NCBI RefSeq assembly: GCF_963676685.1
Contig: NC_092352.1
Coordinates: 59,210,001-59,274,000 of the forward strand
Direction: 5' to 3'
DNA length: 64,000 bases
From: Mytilus edulis
Taxonomy: Eukaryota
In this document: piece by piece, positions 1 through 13,340 of the stretch
How the letters are laid out: each line of letters opens with the position of its first letter
How positions within the stretch are numbered: position 1 is the first letter of the stretch
Notes under the pieces: generated by a model
The model's input: the letters and a program-made list of their open reading frames with translations, nothing else
What the model was told of the DNA's origin: nothing
The model's database searches: none
Translations under genes and position numbers: made by a program

Positions 1-1152
1 ACAAGGGAATTTCTTTTCGTCAATTCCAGCATAACGTTTTGACCCAATACATTTCAATTATACTGTAGAAAAAATGGCAAAGTGTGAATGATTGCTTTAA
101 ATCTCACGGTTAAGTCTGGTATATATCTCTTGAAGTAAAATAAAAAATAAATCTTCTGCTTAACAATTCCGACAACAACATACAGTTTTAAATAAATATC
201 TTAAAGAAAACGTGAGTTAGTATTAATTGATATGAGAAAAATCGCCTGATAGTATCTGTCAGTTATATTGCCATAACCCTGGAACGACTAACCACAAAAT
301 TTCCAAATCGGAAAGGGATTTCTTCCGTTTATCCTTAAGTTTAATACTATAAAATTAAATGATGAGAAATTGTTCCGATTTGAGTTATCGTACGACACTC
401 GTTTACAAACGAATACCATTCGCATATCATAATATGTCCCATCGATGAAGGGCTTATAACATAGACAAATGTCAAATGGTAAAGACACAGATATGAAAGA
501 GTTGTGTACGGATTTGGCAATAGCGATTCAACAAATATAGATTCAAAAGAAGTCTATTACATATTAAGTTAGCCCTTTAACACTTTCGGAATAAAGTTGA
601 TATAATATGCATACTCACACATACAGATACCAGACAAATGGCCTTTGAGCAGAGAAGATTCTTTTCTTTTGCAAAATAAAATACTACGAGAACGTACGTG
701 ACTTTAATTTTTTAATGTTATATGAATATGTTTTGTACTAGAAGGACACGCTTAAATTTCCTGTTTACAGAAAGACAGACATCTAACACTATCCTTTTCA
801 TTATTCCACCTCCGAACCCGACCATACTGAGTCTTTTAATCTCAATCATACATATAGATGAGGCGAGATACAAGCGTAGTGGCAGCAAATACAAATGTTC
901 AAGTCTTTAGTTTGACCTTGTCGGGAACCACTTGAACCAGCAACCCGAAGTGGTTCAAAATGAAAAAATAATTTGATCAAAAATTGTCCTGTGATATTGA
1001 ATATTAATTTTCCTAAATAGCTTCATTTAAAAAATCGAGCTTTTAAATCTTCAAAAATGTACGATCACATTTTGTATCGTCCACATCTTTTTACTAGATA
1101 CATTCTATCAAATTTCTCGTTTCTACCTCATGTTAATTTTAATCGTTTGCTA

Positions 1153-2280
1153 AGGGGACGACCATTTGATATTCTGGGGGGGGGGGGGGGGGGGGGGGGG
1201 CAGGAGGATTTTGAAAATAGATAACTCAGCCTTGATAATCACAAATATAAATGGTTTGTTCTGTGGTAGTTTGAAAATGAATTACCTGACCTGCAATGTA
1301 TAGAAAATAAATAACTCAGCAGGTCTAATCGAAAGTACATGTATGAGATGACACCAGATTCTTCATAAATTCATCTTTTTTCCCATAAAAAATCGGGAAA
1401 CACTTCCCAATTTTTTTAATAACAAAACTATAAATATTATTTAAATATACTTGAAATGTCTGAAAATTGGTTTCATTTAACTTGAAGTATATTGTCTCAG
1501 GAAACCTTACCTCACCTTTATTTTAACAGGGCCGTAACTACATGTAGGAAATTTCAAAACCAAACGATGGTCTCCATATCAAATTGTGTTCACGGCCTTG
1601 CAAGAAGAAAGTTCTGTTTTCCCTCAGACTTATAGCCCTGATTTTTCGGGATCAATGTTTCTTATTTATTTGTCTTTTGTTTATTGATTGCCCTTCTGTA
1701 TTCTGTTAGTGTTGCATTACTTTTGTAATCTAGTAATTTTGTTATGAACTTGATCATGAGTTTGAAAAAAAAACAGCAGCCACAGGCTTAACTATGTGAA
1801 TTCAATTTTTGCTTTATCATGCACATTGGTCTTTTGATGTTGTCCCTAGAAACTTCAGTCTTACACTGAATTTATACATTTTGCTTTGAGACCAAAATAT
1901 TGTCAAAAAATTATTAAAACAAAACTTCATTTTCAGATTATGACAGAATCTTCCGAACACCCAGAAAACATGATGTTGCATCATTTGTTCTATAGCTTCT
2001 TGGACCTTCAGTGGCTCCAAAACCCTTCAAAAAATATTTTGCCTCGCTCCGCATGCAATACATGTATATGCAGTTGGGAATTTAAAAGATTCATTTCTGC
2101 AGAGGGGATGGTTAATCTAATTAAATGGTACATAATGACTTGACTATACTATATGTATTATTTATAAACAAATCATTTAAAAAATTGCATGTTTTCGAAT
2201 ATCAAAAATATATAACCGATTAAAAACAAATCCTCCTGCCCCCCCCCCCCCCCCCCCCCCCTCCGAATATATCGTCCCCT
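1153..2280. mobile_element. Non-autonomous DNA transposon (MITE-like) with G/C-tract TIRs
   Basis: Left end AGGGGACGA..ATATTC-(G)n-CAGGAGGATTT is the reverse complement of right end AAATCCTCCTG-(C)n-..GAATAT..TCGTCCCCT; TA on both sides (1151-1152, 2281-2282); no transposase ORF. Confidence 0.75.
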
Positions 2281-2689
2281 TATATCGTCTGTGTCCCTTT
2301 CTTAAGGGGATCTATATGTATGTAAGATATTATAGCACATTCTATATTAATCTAACTGACCTTTTTGCATTGTGAAATAATTTCCTACCTTTTGCTTGCG
2401 TATTTATATAACATAAAACGATTATTAAAACAAATATTATCTCCATTATTAACCTTCAGGAAGAAGGATAAATGTCAGTCGGATGTGGTCATATTTGAAG
2501 GGAGGAAAAAATACTATGCGTAGTGAAGTAATATTCAAAACAGGTGTGATTTTAGGCTTTCCTTCTTTAGAAAAAATAAATATGTAGGTCAGCTCTCTTT
2601 TATAATTGCTTCTTATACCTTTATTATCTTGCTGGTATTTTGCTGATTTCCGTACAAAACAAGACTACAGCTTTCGAAGTCAATGTAAA

Positions 2690-3100
2690 GAACGTTTTGT
2701 GTTACCAAATTAAAAACACATCGAAGAGGGGCGAAAGATACCATAGGAGCAGTAAAACTCATAGATCGAACATAAACTGACAATACCATGGCTAAAACAT
2801 AAAAAAAAAGTAAATACAAGTTATAGTATGCAAGACACAACATAAAAAGCTAAAGACTAAGCGAGACGAATCCAATCAAAAACTGGGGGTAATCTCAGGT
2901 GCTCCGGAAGGGTTAACAGATCCTGCTCCACATTTCGCACCCATCGTGTTGGTCATGTTATTACATACTCGGTAAATACATGTAGGTTACATTCGTGAAA
3001 AGGGAACAGGATTGTGGTTACGACATAAGGAACATATCCAATAGCATCTGAATATGTCATAACGGCCAACCAACTCGTGATGGCATCCGTAAAAGATATC
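2690..3100 (-). mobile_element. Remnant of a Penelope-like retroelement-associated repeat
   Basis: Minus strand reads FYGCHHELVGRY, resembling the KFYxRHxxLxxKY segment after the RT domain, then CCTTCCGGAGCACCTGAGAT; related fragments near 11230 and 29940. Family recognised from memory only. Confidence 0.55.
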
Positions 3101-3582
3101 ACATATGTCATACCACTGACTCGATATCCTCTCTGTCTCCATGTTAAAATACGACATTTTTTTAACAGGAAAGTAAACAAATTGATGATACATAATACGC
3201 TTTATTTTTCAAAAACTAAAATCGGAAGTGTTATTATCGTACAAGTACACTGATAACAAGTATCTGTTTTAATTAATTATTAACTTTGAAGGACACTACA
3301 CCATCAAGTTGGACAAACATGTTACTATTTGTAGTTATATTACAGCTTCTTGGTTAGTATTTTTTGTTTATTTCAAATTTAAAATATTTAACATTTTATA
3401 GAAACTTTTTACTTGACGTTATAATACTTTCTTAATATAGAAATGACGACCTACTTCGTATTTTATGAAATTCATATAAACACTGTAAAAATTGTACAGT
3501 AAGTATGATATGTACTTAGTTATAAACGGAAAAGAAAGAATAGTCAAATCATGTTGACGGTAAAAAGATAGTTATATGTATG

Positions 3583-4600
3583 CTAATCGCTCGTGTATGT
3601 AACAATGTTTTAGATTTTAACGAGAGAAATTTATGTATTACTGAAAAATTATTACACCAGGGTTTTCGATATCACAAACTAGTCAAAACATTTAATAAAT
3701 TTTATCATCGGTATAAGGACATCATTCGTAAATATAGCTCAACATGCAGACTTCTTATACGTTCAGGTATTTCACATCCAATATTTTATGGAAATATTCT
3801 TTATAAAGCACAAAAATGTCAGTATTCACCTCAGAAGCTGACAAAACCTTTAGATAGACTTATTAAGAAGGGATATAGTTACGATACTGTTGTCAGGTCA
3901 TTAAAGATTGCATATTTTGGCGTTAATATTGATTCACTTATAGGGTCTTTGCATCGGAACTAAACACGTTTATTTAAAAACCAGTTGTTGGCATGACACG
4001 GGTTATGTTTTTCTCATATATGTGATGATTGTATGATACTAAACCCCTAACGGGAAGGATTGTGCCTGATATTCATATGATGAAGACATAATCTTTCAAT
4101 CAGTTAATTGAAGTGTGGGGCTGGCATGTCAGTTAACTGCTAGTAGTCTGATGTTATTTATGTATTATTGTCATTTTGTTTATTTTCTTTGGTTACATCT
4201 TCTGACATTAGACTCGGACTTCTCTAGACCTGATTTTTATTGTGCGTATTGTTATGCGTTTACTGTTCTGCATTGGCTAGAGGTATAGGGGGAGGGTCGA
4301 GATCTCATAAACATGTTTAACCCCGCCGCATTTTTTGCGCCTGTCCCAAGTCAGGAGCCTCTGGCCTTTGTTAGTATTATTTTTAATTTTAGTTTCTTGT
4401 GTACAATTTGGAGTTTAGTATGGCGTTTATTATCACTGAACTAGTATATATATTTGTGTTCGGGCCAGCTGAAGGACACCTCCGGGTGCGGGAATTTCCT
4501 CGCTGCATTGAAGACCTGTTGGTGACCTTCTGCTGTTGTCTTCTCTATGGTCGGGTTGTTGTTTTTTTGACACATTCCCCATTTCCATTCTCAATTTTAA
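3583..4600 (+). mobile_element. 5'-truncated Penelope-like retroelement (RT C-terminal region plus 3' tail)
   Basis: ORF 3580-3963 ARVCNNVLDFNERNLCITEKLLHQGFRYHKLVKTFNKFYHRY fits the post-RT region of Penelope-like elements; tail 4378-4600 recurs at about 46375-46592. Confidence 0.65.
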
Positions 4601-4927
4601 TAGTTGCAATGGACTAAATTTTTAATAGGGTCATAAACTGTAAATTGCAAAAAAAATCACATGCATTATCAACTTCAGCTATTTCAGACATTGAACGTCA
4701 ACTAACATTAGTAACACAGCAAATGTGACTGGATGTTGTTTTGTATAATAATGTCTGTCCTATAAAAGGATTTACATGTACGTTTTAACTCCATGAAAAG
4801 TGATTTTAATGTTACTGCCGAGTGAAGCGACGCTAAAACTTTTTTAACTGAGTTGTGCTAAAAATCACATCAATCGTAAAAAACATAATATTATGGTTTT
4901 TGTGTCGATCAACGGTAAAGGTCGTCT

Positions 4928-4993
<66 letters not shown>

Positions 4994-5477
4994 ATTTTTG
5001 TTTTCCCTCTCTCGATCTGCTACCGAGATACATATCGAAAGACTTAAATATTGAAATAAGAAGATCTGGTAAGTACCCATTGGTACTACTATCCACCAGA
5101 TAACAAATAACACAAATGTTAACAACTATAGGTTGCATTTCTGTAAATTTATATAGACAATGCGATTATAGGAAATCCCTTTATGGCTTAAACTGTGACA
5201 CTTTTACTATGAACTTTCGTAAAAATTATATCCTAGGAATGGAAAGTTGATATTCACTGCTTTTTATTCAAAGGTCAACACATATGGATGTGCGGCATAT
5301 TTTCAACATTTATATGCCCCGAACATGTTAGTCTAAGAATTTAAACTCTTACTAAAATTGTGTACGACCCAACCTTTACTGTTTGCCTAATTCAGAATTA
5401 ATTTTTCACCGCAATAATATGTTTTTTTATACTGTAACAGTCCCAAGTTATGTCGTTATGAGATGAATCCTATCTGG

Positions 5478-5577
5478 NNNNNNNNNNNNNNNNNNNNNNN
5501 NNNNNNNNNNNNNNNNNNNNNNNNNNNNNNNNNNNNNNNNNNNNNNNNNNNNNNNNNNNNNNNNNNNNNNNNNNNNN
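5478..5577. other. 100-N scaffold gap flanked by a ~620-650 bp direct repeat (probable contig-overlap artefact)
   Basis: About 4832-5477 is repeated at 5578-6193, differing mainly by homopolymer length and 1-nt indels. Confidence 0.85.
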
Positions 5578-5671
5578 GCTAAAACTTTTTTAACTGAGTT
5601 GTGCTAAAAATCACATCAATCGTAAAAACATAATATTATGGTTTTGTGTCGATCAACGGTAAAGGTCGTCT

Positions 5672-5707
<36 letters not shown>

Positions 5708-6304
5708 ATTTTTGTTTTCCCTCTCTCGATCTGCTACCGAGATACATATCGAAAGACTTAAATATTGAAATAAGAAGATCTGGTAAGTACCCATTGGTAC
5801 TACTATCCACCAGATAACAAATAACACAAAATGTTAACAACTATAGGTTGCATTTCTGTAAATTTATATAGACAATGCGATTATAGGAAATCCCTTTATG
5901 GCTTAAACTGTGACACTTTTACTATGAACTTTCGTAAAAATTATATCCTAGAATGGAAAGTTGATATTCACTGCTTTTTATTCAAAGGTCAACACATATG
6001 GATGTGCGGCATATTTTCAACATTTATATGCCCCGAACATGTTAGTCTAAGAATTTAAACTCTTACTAAAATTGTGTACGACCCCAACCTTTACTGTTTG
6101 CCTAATTCAGAATTAATTTTTCACCGCAATAATATGTTTTTTTATACTGGTAACAGTCCCAAGTTATGTCGTTATGAGATGAATCCTATCTGGGAACAGT
6201 ATGTGAACAAATCAAAGTATCTATAAATTATAGTATAATATATCTCCCAAAAGAGGCGTGGTTTAAGAAACAGCTGTATTTACAAAGTGCAACAATAAGT
6301 CCAT

Positions 6305-6654
6305 TAGAGAGTCGTGGTGTAGTGGTTAATGCATCGGACTACTAACACAAAGGTTCCTGGTTCGATTCCCGTTGGGATGAAAATTTCAGGAACTCAATTT
6401 TCGGCTCTCCCTTGACACCATCTGCGAGTATGGTCTTGAGGAAACGCTGATAGTCCTTCGGAAGGGGACGATAAATGGCTGACCCGTGTTAAGAGAGAGC
6501 CATATCTCTTGCACGTTAAAGACACCCTTGTAGATTCGAAAAAGAGTAGGCTAATGCTGCTACAAGGCAGCACTCGCACTCGCAAAGTGAAAAGGGATTA
6601 ATATAAGTTGCAAAACTTGTTTCCCAATCCACTATAAATAAATATGTTTAAACT
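6305..6654 (+). mobile_element. Full-length tRNA-derived SINE with a Deu/Nin-like core
   Basis: Pol III A box TGGTGTAGTGG (6318-6328), B box GGTTCGATTCC (6359-6369); core GTCCTTCGGAAGGGGACGATAAA...GCACGTTAAAGACACCC...GAAAAAGAGTAGG; perfect 14-bp TSD AACAATAAGTCCAT at 6291-6304 and 6655-6668. Confidence 0.85.
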
Positions 6655-6787
6655 AACAATAAGTCCATGTAAGGTATTCAACAATGAGCAGAACCCATAC
6701 TGTATAGTTTTATCTGAAAAACAAGACAAAAAGTAAAACATAATAAACTGGAACAATTAAATCAATTGTACTTTTATGTTTTAGTAG

Positions 6788-8715
6788 GTGTTTTGGATGC
6801 ATATAGCGACTGTACATACTACTACAGTTACGGATATAATCAGGTCGGGAGTTCCTGTACTTACTATAGCAATAGTTATTACTACACGTACTATCGCCGT
6901 GTGTACTCAATGTAAGTATAATATAATTGGATAAACGACACTATCTATACAAAAATAAGTCTTTAATTCACTATTTTAGTATTAGGGTATACCCAGCCAA
7001 GTAGTCAGCACTTCGGTGTTGAAATGATTATCAAATATTTGGTCATTTTTATAAATTTACTGGTTGCAAAAGTATATTTTTTTCGAAATGCATGTACTGA
7101 GGATGTTCTTATCCCAGCATGGATTGCCTGAGCCGTATTTGGTACAACTTTTGGAATTTTGGATCGATAATGCTCTACAACTTTGTACTTAATTCCGCAA
7201 ATATAAACAAATCGTTTCCCTTCTTCAAAAATCCTTCAGTTCAGGTTCGGAATATAAAATTTACCACAACCAGAAGGATAGTTGCGTACACAGAATGAAT
7301 CTTTAATTATTGAAAATCCCACACATACCTGAAATTGGTAGAAGCATATAGACTCTCTTTCCTAAACCAAATCAGAAAAAAGAGAAATCTCTACGAATGT
7401 GCAGCTTAAAGCACATTCGTCTCAACTCGGCCGATTCCGTACCCTCAAGGAGAGTAGCGGATTCTACCGAGGATTGCCGAATGCTTAAAGCATAGACATG
7501 GTACTGCATGTACCTTTATTTTTTCGTATTTCACAAATAAAATGTTATTTGTATCTGGAGTGTCAACAAGATTCCAATGATCCAGTTGAAATTGGCCATT
7601 CAGGTTCGAACGCATATAAGTATAATATGCGTTATGATTAATCATACCCCTAAGCACCTACAATTACTAAATAATCATATAATTGTTGTATATGTTTTAT
7701 GGCAATCAATATGTGACACTTTAATAAACAAATTTATATATATTCATTGTAAAATGGTGAATTTATATATTTTTTCCAGATCAGCTCCAATTATTGTAGT
7801 AATAGCCCTTGGGGCCCTTGTTGGACTAGGCATATTCATTACAATACTGGTGTGTGTATGCTGCAGACGTGGTCGTCGGTCAACAGGCGTGGTTGTAAGC
7901 GGCAATATTGCCCAGCCAACGACAGGGTATATCTATCCAACCAATCCAAACGGTAAGTTATTTCATACATGTGTCCCTTTCCCCTATACATAGAAACGTA
8001 AAAGACTGTTATTATTTGATAGAATATAGATGAAGCAACAAAAAAGCAGAAAAAAATTAAAGGTTCCGTGTGCTTATTTTCGAGATGTAAGCCATTGAAA
8101 ACTTGGCGGAAATTAATTCTCTCTGAATTTCATCCTCTTTTCAAAAAAGATGAAAAAATAACAAGGATTTTATAAGATTTGCAAAAAGACACTTTAAAAT
8201 ATATGTAATGAAGTTATGAAACGAACGGGACAAGACTAAGTATCTTCACATGTCTTTCTAATTCTATAAGGATGCATCACTGAAGTAAACACGTTGGAAA
8301 AAAGGTCCCAGAACAGAAACTTCTCATAAAATACACATTATTTTACATAAGGTTTTATGTTCTTTTTAAAGTGAATTGGTCTATTTTCAACATCGATTGA
8401 ATTTGAATATTATAAAAACTTTTGAATATTATAAAAACCGAGTATCATTAAAACAGGAATAGTTATCTTATTCCTACGCATCACGTATATATATTTGTTT
8501 TTACATAAGCTGGTGCTGTGTCATATCCTGGAGGTAATCCCCCTGCTGCTGGGTACTACGGCGGAAATCCGGTTCCTACTGGATACAATGCTGGCAATGC
8601 TGCTCCTGTTGGATACTATGGCGGAAACGCTGCGCCTGCTGGGAACTATGGAGACAACCAGCCAATAAATACTGGACCGAAACCACCTCCATACGACAGT
8701 GCAGTTCCATCATGA
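6788..8715 (+). CDS. Gene A: CYYR1/Shisa-like single-pass membrane protein (Tyr-rich ectodomain, TM, Gly/Pro/Tyr tail with PPPY); first exon not located
   Basis: Exons 6788-6911 (VLDAYSDCTYYYSYGYNQVGSSCTYYSNSYYYTYYRRVYS), 7780-7952 (SAPIIVVIALGALVGLGIFITILVCVCCRRGRR...) and 8510-8715 (SYPGGNPPAAGYYGGN...KPPPYDSAVPS*) join in frame via GT-AG introns (phase 2, phase 1); AATAAA at 8762. Confidence 0.8.
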
Positions 8716-8761
8716 GACTAATCTAAACTGTTCAGTTACACATCAATAGTTTTATTAACTT

Positions 8762-8767
8762 AATAAA
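8762..8767 (+). promoter_or_regulatory. Polyadenylation signal of gene A
   Basis: AATAAA begins 47 nt after the TGA at 8713-8715. Confidence 0.55.
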
Positions 8768-9739
8768 GAAACATACATTATATGTCTATTGACAATGGCC
8801 TTGCAAGTGCATATGCAATTATCATACAAACATCCATATGTATATATTCAGAAATATTTCATAACTTAAAGTTATTTAAGAAATAATTCATGGCAGCCTT
8901 AGATTTTTTTTCATTTAACCATGGGTTGGGCATTTATATTCGATTAGTTTACCCTGGGACGGTTTGAGCTAAAGGTATATATATTGTGATTATACTGGTT
9001 GACGATAATAGGTCGTCATATTAGAATTATCCTAAATCTCAAAACCAAAAGATATTAAAAATCTGTTTCTATAAATCACCTGTGTGTGTATATGAAATTT
9101 GACAAACAAACAAACAATGTGGTTTGCTCATATGGTCTACCCCTGAACATAATATACACTGTATAAAAATCTATATTTTGATTTATTTGTTTTATTTCTA
9201 CATATTAACCATGCTATCCTAAGTCATATGTTTCACACGTCTGCAAACATTTAAATCCGGCCACAGTTTGTACGTGCCAGTTCCGAGTCGGGAGCCTATA
9301 ATTCAGTGATGGTATTGTGTTACTGTTTATCATAGTTGTGTTTCGATAATTGTTTTCTACATAACTCATGTCGTTAGTTTTCCCGTTTGAATTGTTTTCC
9401 ATGTGTCATTGTGGGGCCTTTTATAGCTTGCTATGTGTTATGAGTGTAGCTCATAGTTGAAGATTGTACGTTGATCTATTTTTTCTAACATTCTATGTGC
9501 ATTGGTCTCTGGTGGAGAGATATCTCACCGGTACATGTAACCACATCTTGTTATATTTAAATCTATTAAAATTTATGACAAAATCTGAATGACTGTTTAC
9601 ACAACAGGAGTGGTATGTTTTTGTTAGTTGCGATTTGAGTAATCATAAGGCAGTGTTGTTTACAGTTTCAATGTACGAAACAAATTAAATAGTCTCAAAT
9701 GTGATTATTTTTCAAGACATAACTATTAATTATGTGTTT

Positions 9740-11738
9740 TCACAAGTTTTCATATGTATGATGTTCTATATAAGGAATTGTTTGATCATTTTCTATTTTA
9801 CCGAGGTGATCAGCTACGTCATACGTGTCATCAACTGAATGGTCGTACATATCGTCAGAGGTGGTACTCTTATGTCTGTTGAGATGCGCATGATCATAAA
9901 TGTCATCCACGGTTTCAATATACGGATCATCATCTTTGACTTCATCACATATTGGCGATGCTAGTTCATAATTATTTGCAGTAACTGTGGTTTGATTGCT
10001 TCTATCGTATCCAGTTTCTACCGGGTCAAGGGTAAAGTAAACAGCTGATGACACATGTGGTATATCGCTGTTGTTGATTTGTTCTTTGACTGTCCGGAAT
10101 GATCCGGTTTCAAGCTGATCTATCGTGAAATAACTAGACGATGGTACTTTATTTACTCCGCCATTTTTTATTTCTGAGAATGCAATATTTTGATGGCCAC
10201 AATATGTGTACGATTCAGATTTCACCATGCCATGTGTTGTATTATCTTTCTTTTGTTCAACTGTGGTGTGACAAGTAAAATATCTATAGAAAAATAAATG
10301 AAATAGCAGCTTTTACCATTCTTCAATATTCATCAATAAAATTAGCCTTATCCTTCCAACCTCAAACACACCAAAAGGGACGTTTTCGTTGATTTGACAA
10401 TGGTCAAGCCTCTGCCACACGATGGTACATAATAAACTTTGAATATAAAAAAGATGATGTGGTATGATTGTCAATTAGACCACTTTCCACAAGAGACCAA
10501 ATGAAATTAACAACTAGATGTCACCGTACGACCTTCAACAACGAGCAAAGTCAATACCGCATAGTCAGCTATGAAAGGCTTTAAAATGACAATGTAAAAA
10601 AAAAATCAAACGATAATACTAATGGCCTAATTTATATACAAACAATGAACGAAAAAAAAATATGTAACACAAGTTGGCGGGATCCAAACCCTCGTCCTAA
10701 TCTGTGACAGTGCTGTAACAGTACAACATAAGAACGAACTATAAAAAACAGTCGAAAAAGTCGAAAAAGTCATTCGATTGAAACAAATAAATAATACACA
10801 AAGTGGACGTAGCCGGGTAATTGTATATCCCAACAACAATAATACAATAAGTACAGATGTGAAAGTACTCGCAGTTACTGACAGCTAGTTCAAAGCCATT
10901 TTAAAACAACTAATAAAAAGTCATGCATCTAAGACTAGTAAGTTATCAATCAGAACCCATCCAACATCCAATGGAGTCTGCTTTCGCCTTCATGCATTAA
11001 ATGTTGACATACCAGGCCCTTTTATAGCTTAAGGGTAGTTGTATCACGGAAACATCTCTTCAGTGTTACAAATAGATAGACCAGGATAAAACTACATGTT
11101 GAGCATCTAAATCATGACGTCTGTTAACGCATTATTCAATAAATTGATAATGGAGGAGGAGGGAGCATACATTTGGAAATACGAGATGTATTTTGATTCA
11201 GTGCAACCACTTATCAAGATATGCTTACCCTTCCGAAGCATGTGAAAATTCCCTAAGTTTTCGGCTTGATTCGTGTTGCTCACTCTTTGGATTTCTATGT
11301 TGTGCTTTGTGTACTGTTGTTTATAGAAATTAGAATACGTGGCACGAGTGCAAATGAGACAAGTAAACTCTCCATCTAAGTCACAGTGTATAAAAAGTTA
11401 ACAATTATAGCCTTCAACACGGAGCCTTGGTTCTAACCGAACAACAAGCTATAAAGGACCCCAAAATTACTAGACTGAGTGTAAACAATTAAAACAAGTT
11501 TGTCTGATTGTCTGATTTATTTTTTAACTAGGTAATCATTTCATTTTTGATATACAAATGTATTGGTTTGAATGTAGCTTTGGTATTATTCACCTCTGTA
11601 TTATAACACACTTTCAAGCCTAAAAATTTACGTTGTGTTCAAAAAAATTATATCATAATTACCTTTTTGCTAAGAAAACAAACAGTGTAAAAGAAACTAT
11701 CCCTACTGCTCCACCAATTACACAGATTAGTAATATAA
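9740..11738 (-). CDS. Gene B: multi-tyrosine-tail receptor, TM exon and cytoplasmic exon (ectodomain unresolved)
   Basis: 76-nt TM exon 11738-11663 (ILLICVIGGAVGIVSFTLFVFLAKR) splices in phase 2 to terminal exon 10283-9740, which carries SSYFTIDQLETG, VYFTLDPVETGYDR, NYELASP, IYDHA, MYDHSVDDTYD and C-terminal TYENL. Confidence 0.75.
10446..10975 (+). repeat. Abundant interspersed repeat (AAGATGTGGTATGATTGCCAATGAGACAAC family)
   Basis: Homologous to 17620-18050 and to minus-strand copies at about 29430-29905 and 26680-26790. Confidence 0.7.
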
Positions 11739-12559
11739 CTGTTAAATATAAATGGTTTCATTCTATTATTGACAATTGCAAATCGGCATTTTATATTTTT
11801 ATCTAGATATATTTATAGTATTTGTTCAAGTGTCGACGTATTCTTATCCTTAGACAGAAAGTAAAACATATAAAAACAAGGGGAATACGTTATGTTGTGC
11901 ACGGGATGTAAACAAATGCAGACACGTCCAGCTGGTCTGCATCAAACGTCTTTTGAAGGAATATTACAACTGACTCTTCTCAGCTATAGGAACCATTGGG
12001 ATTTTTTAATTTCTGTACCTATGCAACATAACATAATTTTTTTCAAGTGATTGACGAAGTATCAGCCATTGTTTTCATTTTTTCATTTTATGTGTTGTTC
12101 TGATCAAAGTTGAAATGTTTATCTAGGAATGGAAAGAAAAAGACATTCGATTTCTCTTAATATGTACACTTTTCTCGGATCATATGTAAAAGAATTGAGA
12201 CAGTTTATAGTTTAATATATTGTATATCTATTATCGGAGACACGGATGCAGTTGGGATAATTTTTAAATAGCACCAAATTGTTTGACAAGTTGATTGATA
12301 TAAATAATTGTTATGCATTCAATGATCAAAAGTTTCGGGTTAATCCATTTTGAAAAGTGTTTTTATTATTGAGATATATGGCAAAAGAGGAAGCATATAT
12401 TGATAGTAATGTTTTTTTTTCGATCCAAGTGCATGCTTTTAATGCCTAGTGTACTTTTTCAAAGAACCCAGCTATTTGTGGTTGGTCTTCATTTGTTTCA
12501 TGACTTCATGCATGACTGTTTGAATTTATGAAATTGATGGAAAACTAAATGTTTCAGAG

Positions 12560-13340
12560 AGATAAAAAGTTCTGGCAGAATCAATTTGCGCCAACTGCAG
12601 TTTTCAAAAGGTATCAATTGCGCCACTATATATATTTCTGATGGTTTAATTGTGCCAATAAATAGAACCAAATTGCGCCACATTTACCTGTATATGTTTT
12701 TTTACCTATATCATACATGTTACCGTTAACCTATCCACTTTAGATTAAACTGAAATCATCAAAATTAAGAAAACTCACTAATGCATTATACTGTTCAGTA
12801 AAAGAATAGTTTTTTTCACACGGAAAGATGTCTGAAACATGTAAATCGTGTAAGACAATACAGTTCGATAACGGGAACCCTATCATCGTTATAGAAGATC
12901 AGAAATTCTGTGAGGCATTTAAGATCATTTAATTTTAAAGAAAAACGAAGTAATCTGATGGAGATCTAGGAAAAAACATTAAAACAAATTGAGAGAAGTG
13001 AGCAGATAGGAATATGTTTCTATTTTAAGTTTTTTGTTTTTGTTTAATGATGAACAGAGACATTTTATAGTTTTAACGGTATATATATGTGAGTGAGCAT
13101 TGGGATACAGCATATTTTTTTGAAGTCTGTTAACTGTCTGGAAAAAAGGAGGAGAGAAGTCAATCATTTAGTTGATATGCAAAAGTAAATATAAATAAGT
13201 TGATAAAATTGGCGCAGTTAGATGATTTTTCATTGACGCAATATATACCTATAGTTTTTAAAATGAAGTGGCGCAGAAGTAGTATTGGCGCAAATAAGTT
13301 GTGGCGCAAATAAGTTCTTTTTTGGCGCAAAAAGATATCG
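12560..13340. mobile_element. Probable non-autonomous transposon with oppositely oriented subterminal TTGCGCCA/TGGCGCAA motifs
   Basis: TTGCGCCA cluster at about 12585-12680 and TGGCGCA cluster at about 13210-13330; the same layout recurs at 25135-25850. Confidence 0.5.

Noticed and set aside
3442-4915. Candidate first exons for gene A (ATG near 3442; ATGGTTTTTGTGTCG near 4893)
   Set aside because: Neither gives a convincing signal peptide, and the second differs in frame between the duplicated copies.
4855-5827. Poly-Pro and poly-Gly ORFs
   Set aside because: Translations of a poly-C tract whose length differs between the two gap-flanking copies; no splice or homology support.
4832-6193. 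Direct repeat around the N gap as a real duplication
   Set aside because: It abuts the 100-N gap exactly and differs by homopolymer and 1-nt indels, typical of an unmerged contig overlap.
6305-6380. tRNA gene
   Set aside because: A and B boxes are present, but there is no convincing acceptor stem and it continues into a SINE body with a TSD.
12019-12122. Candidate stalk exon of gene B with AG/GT borders
   Set aside because: Stop codons in all three frames.
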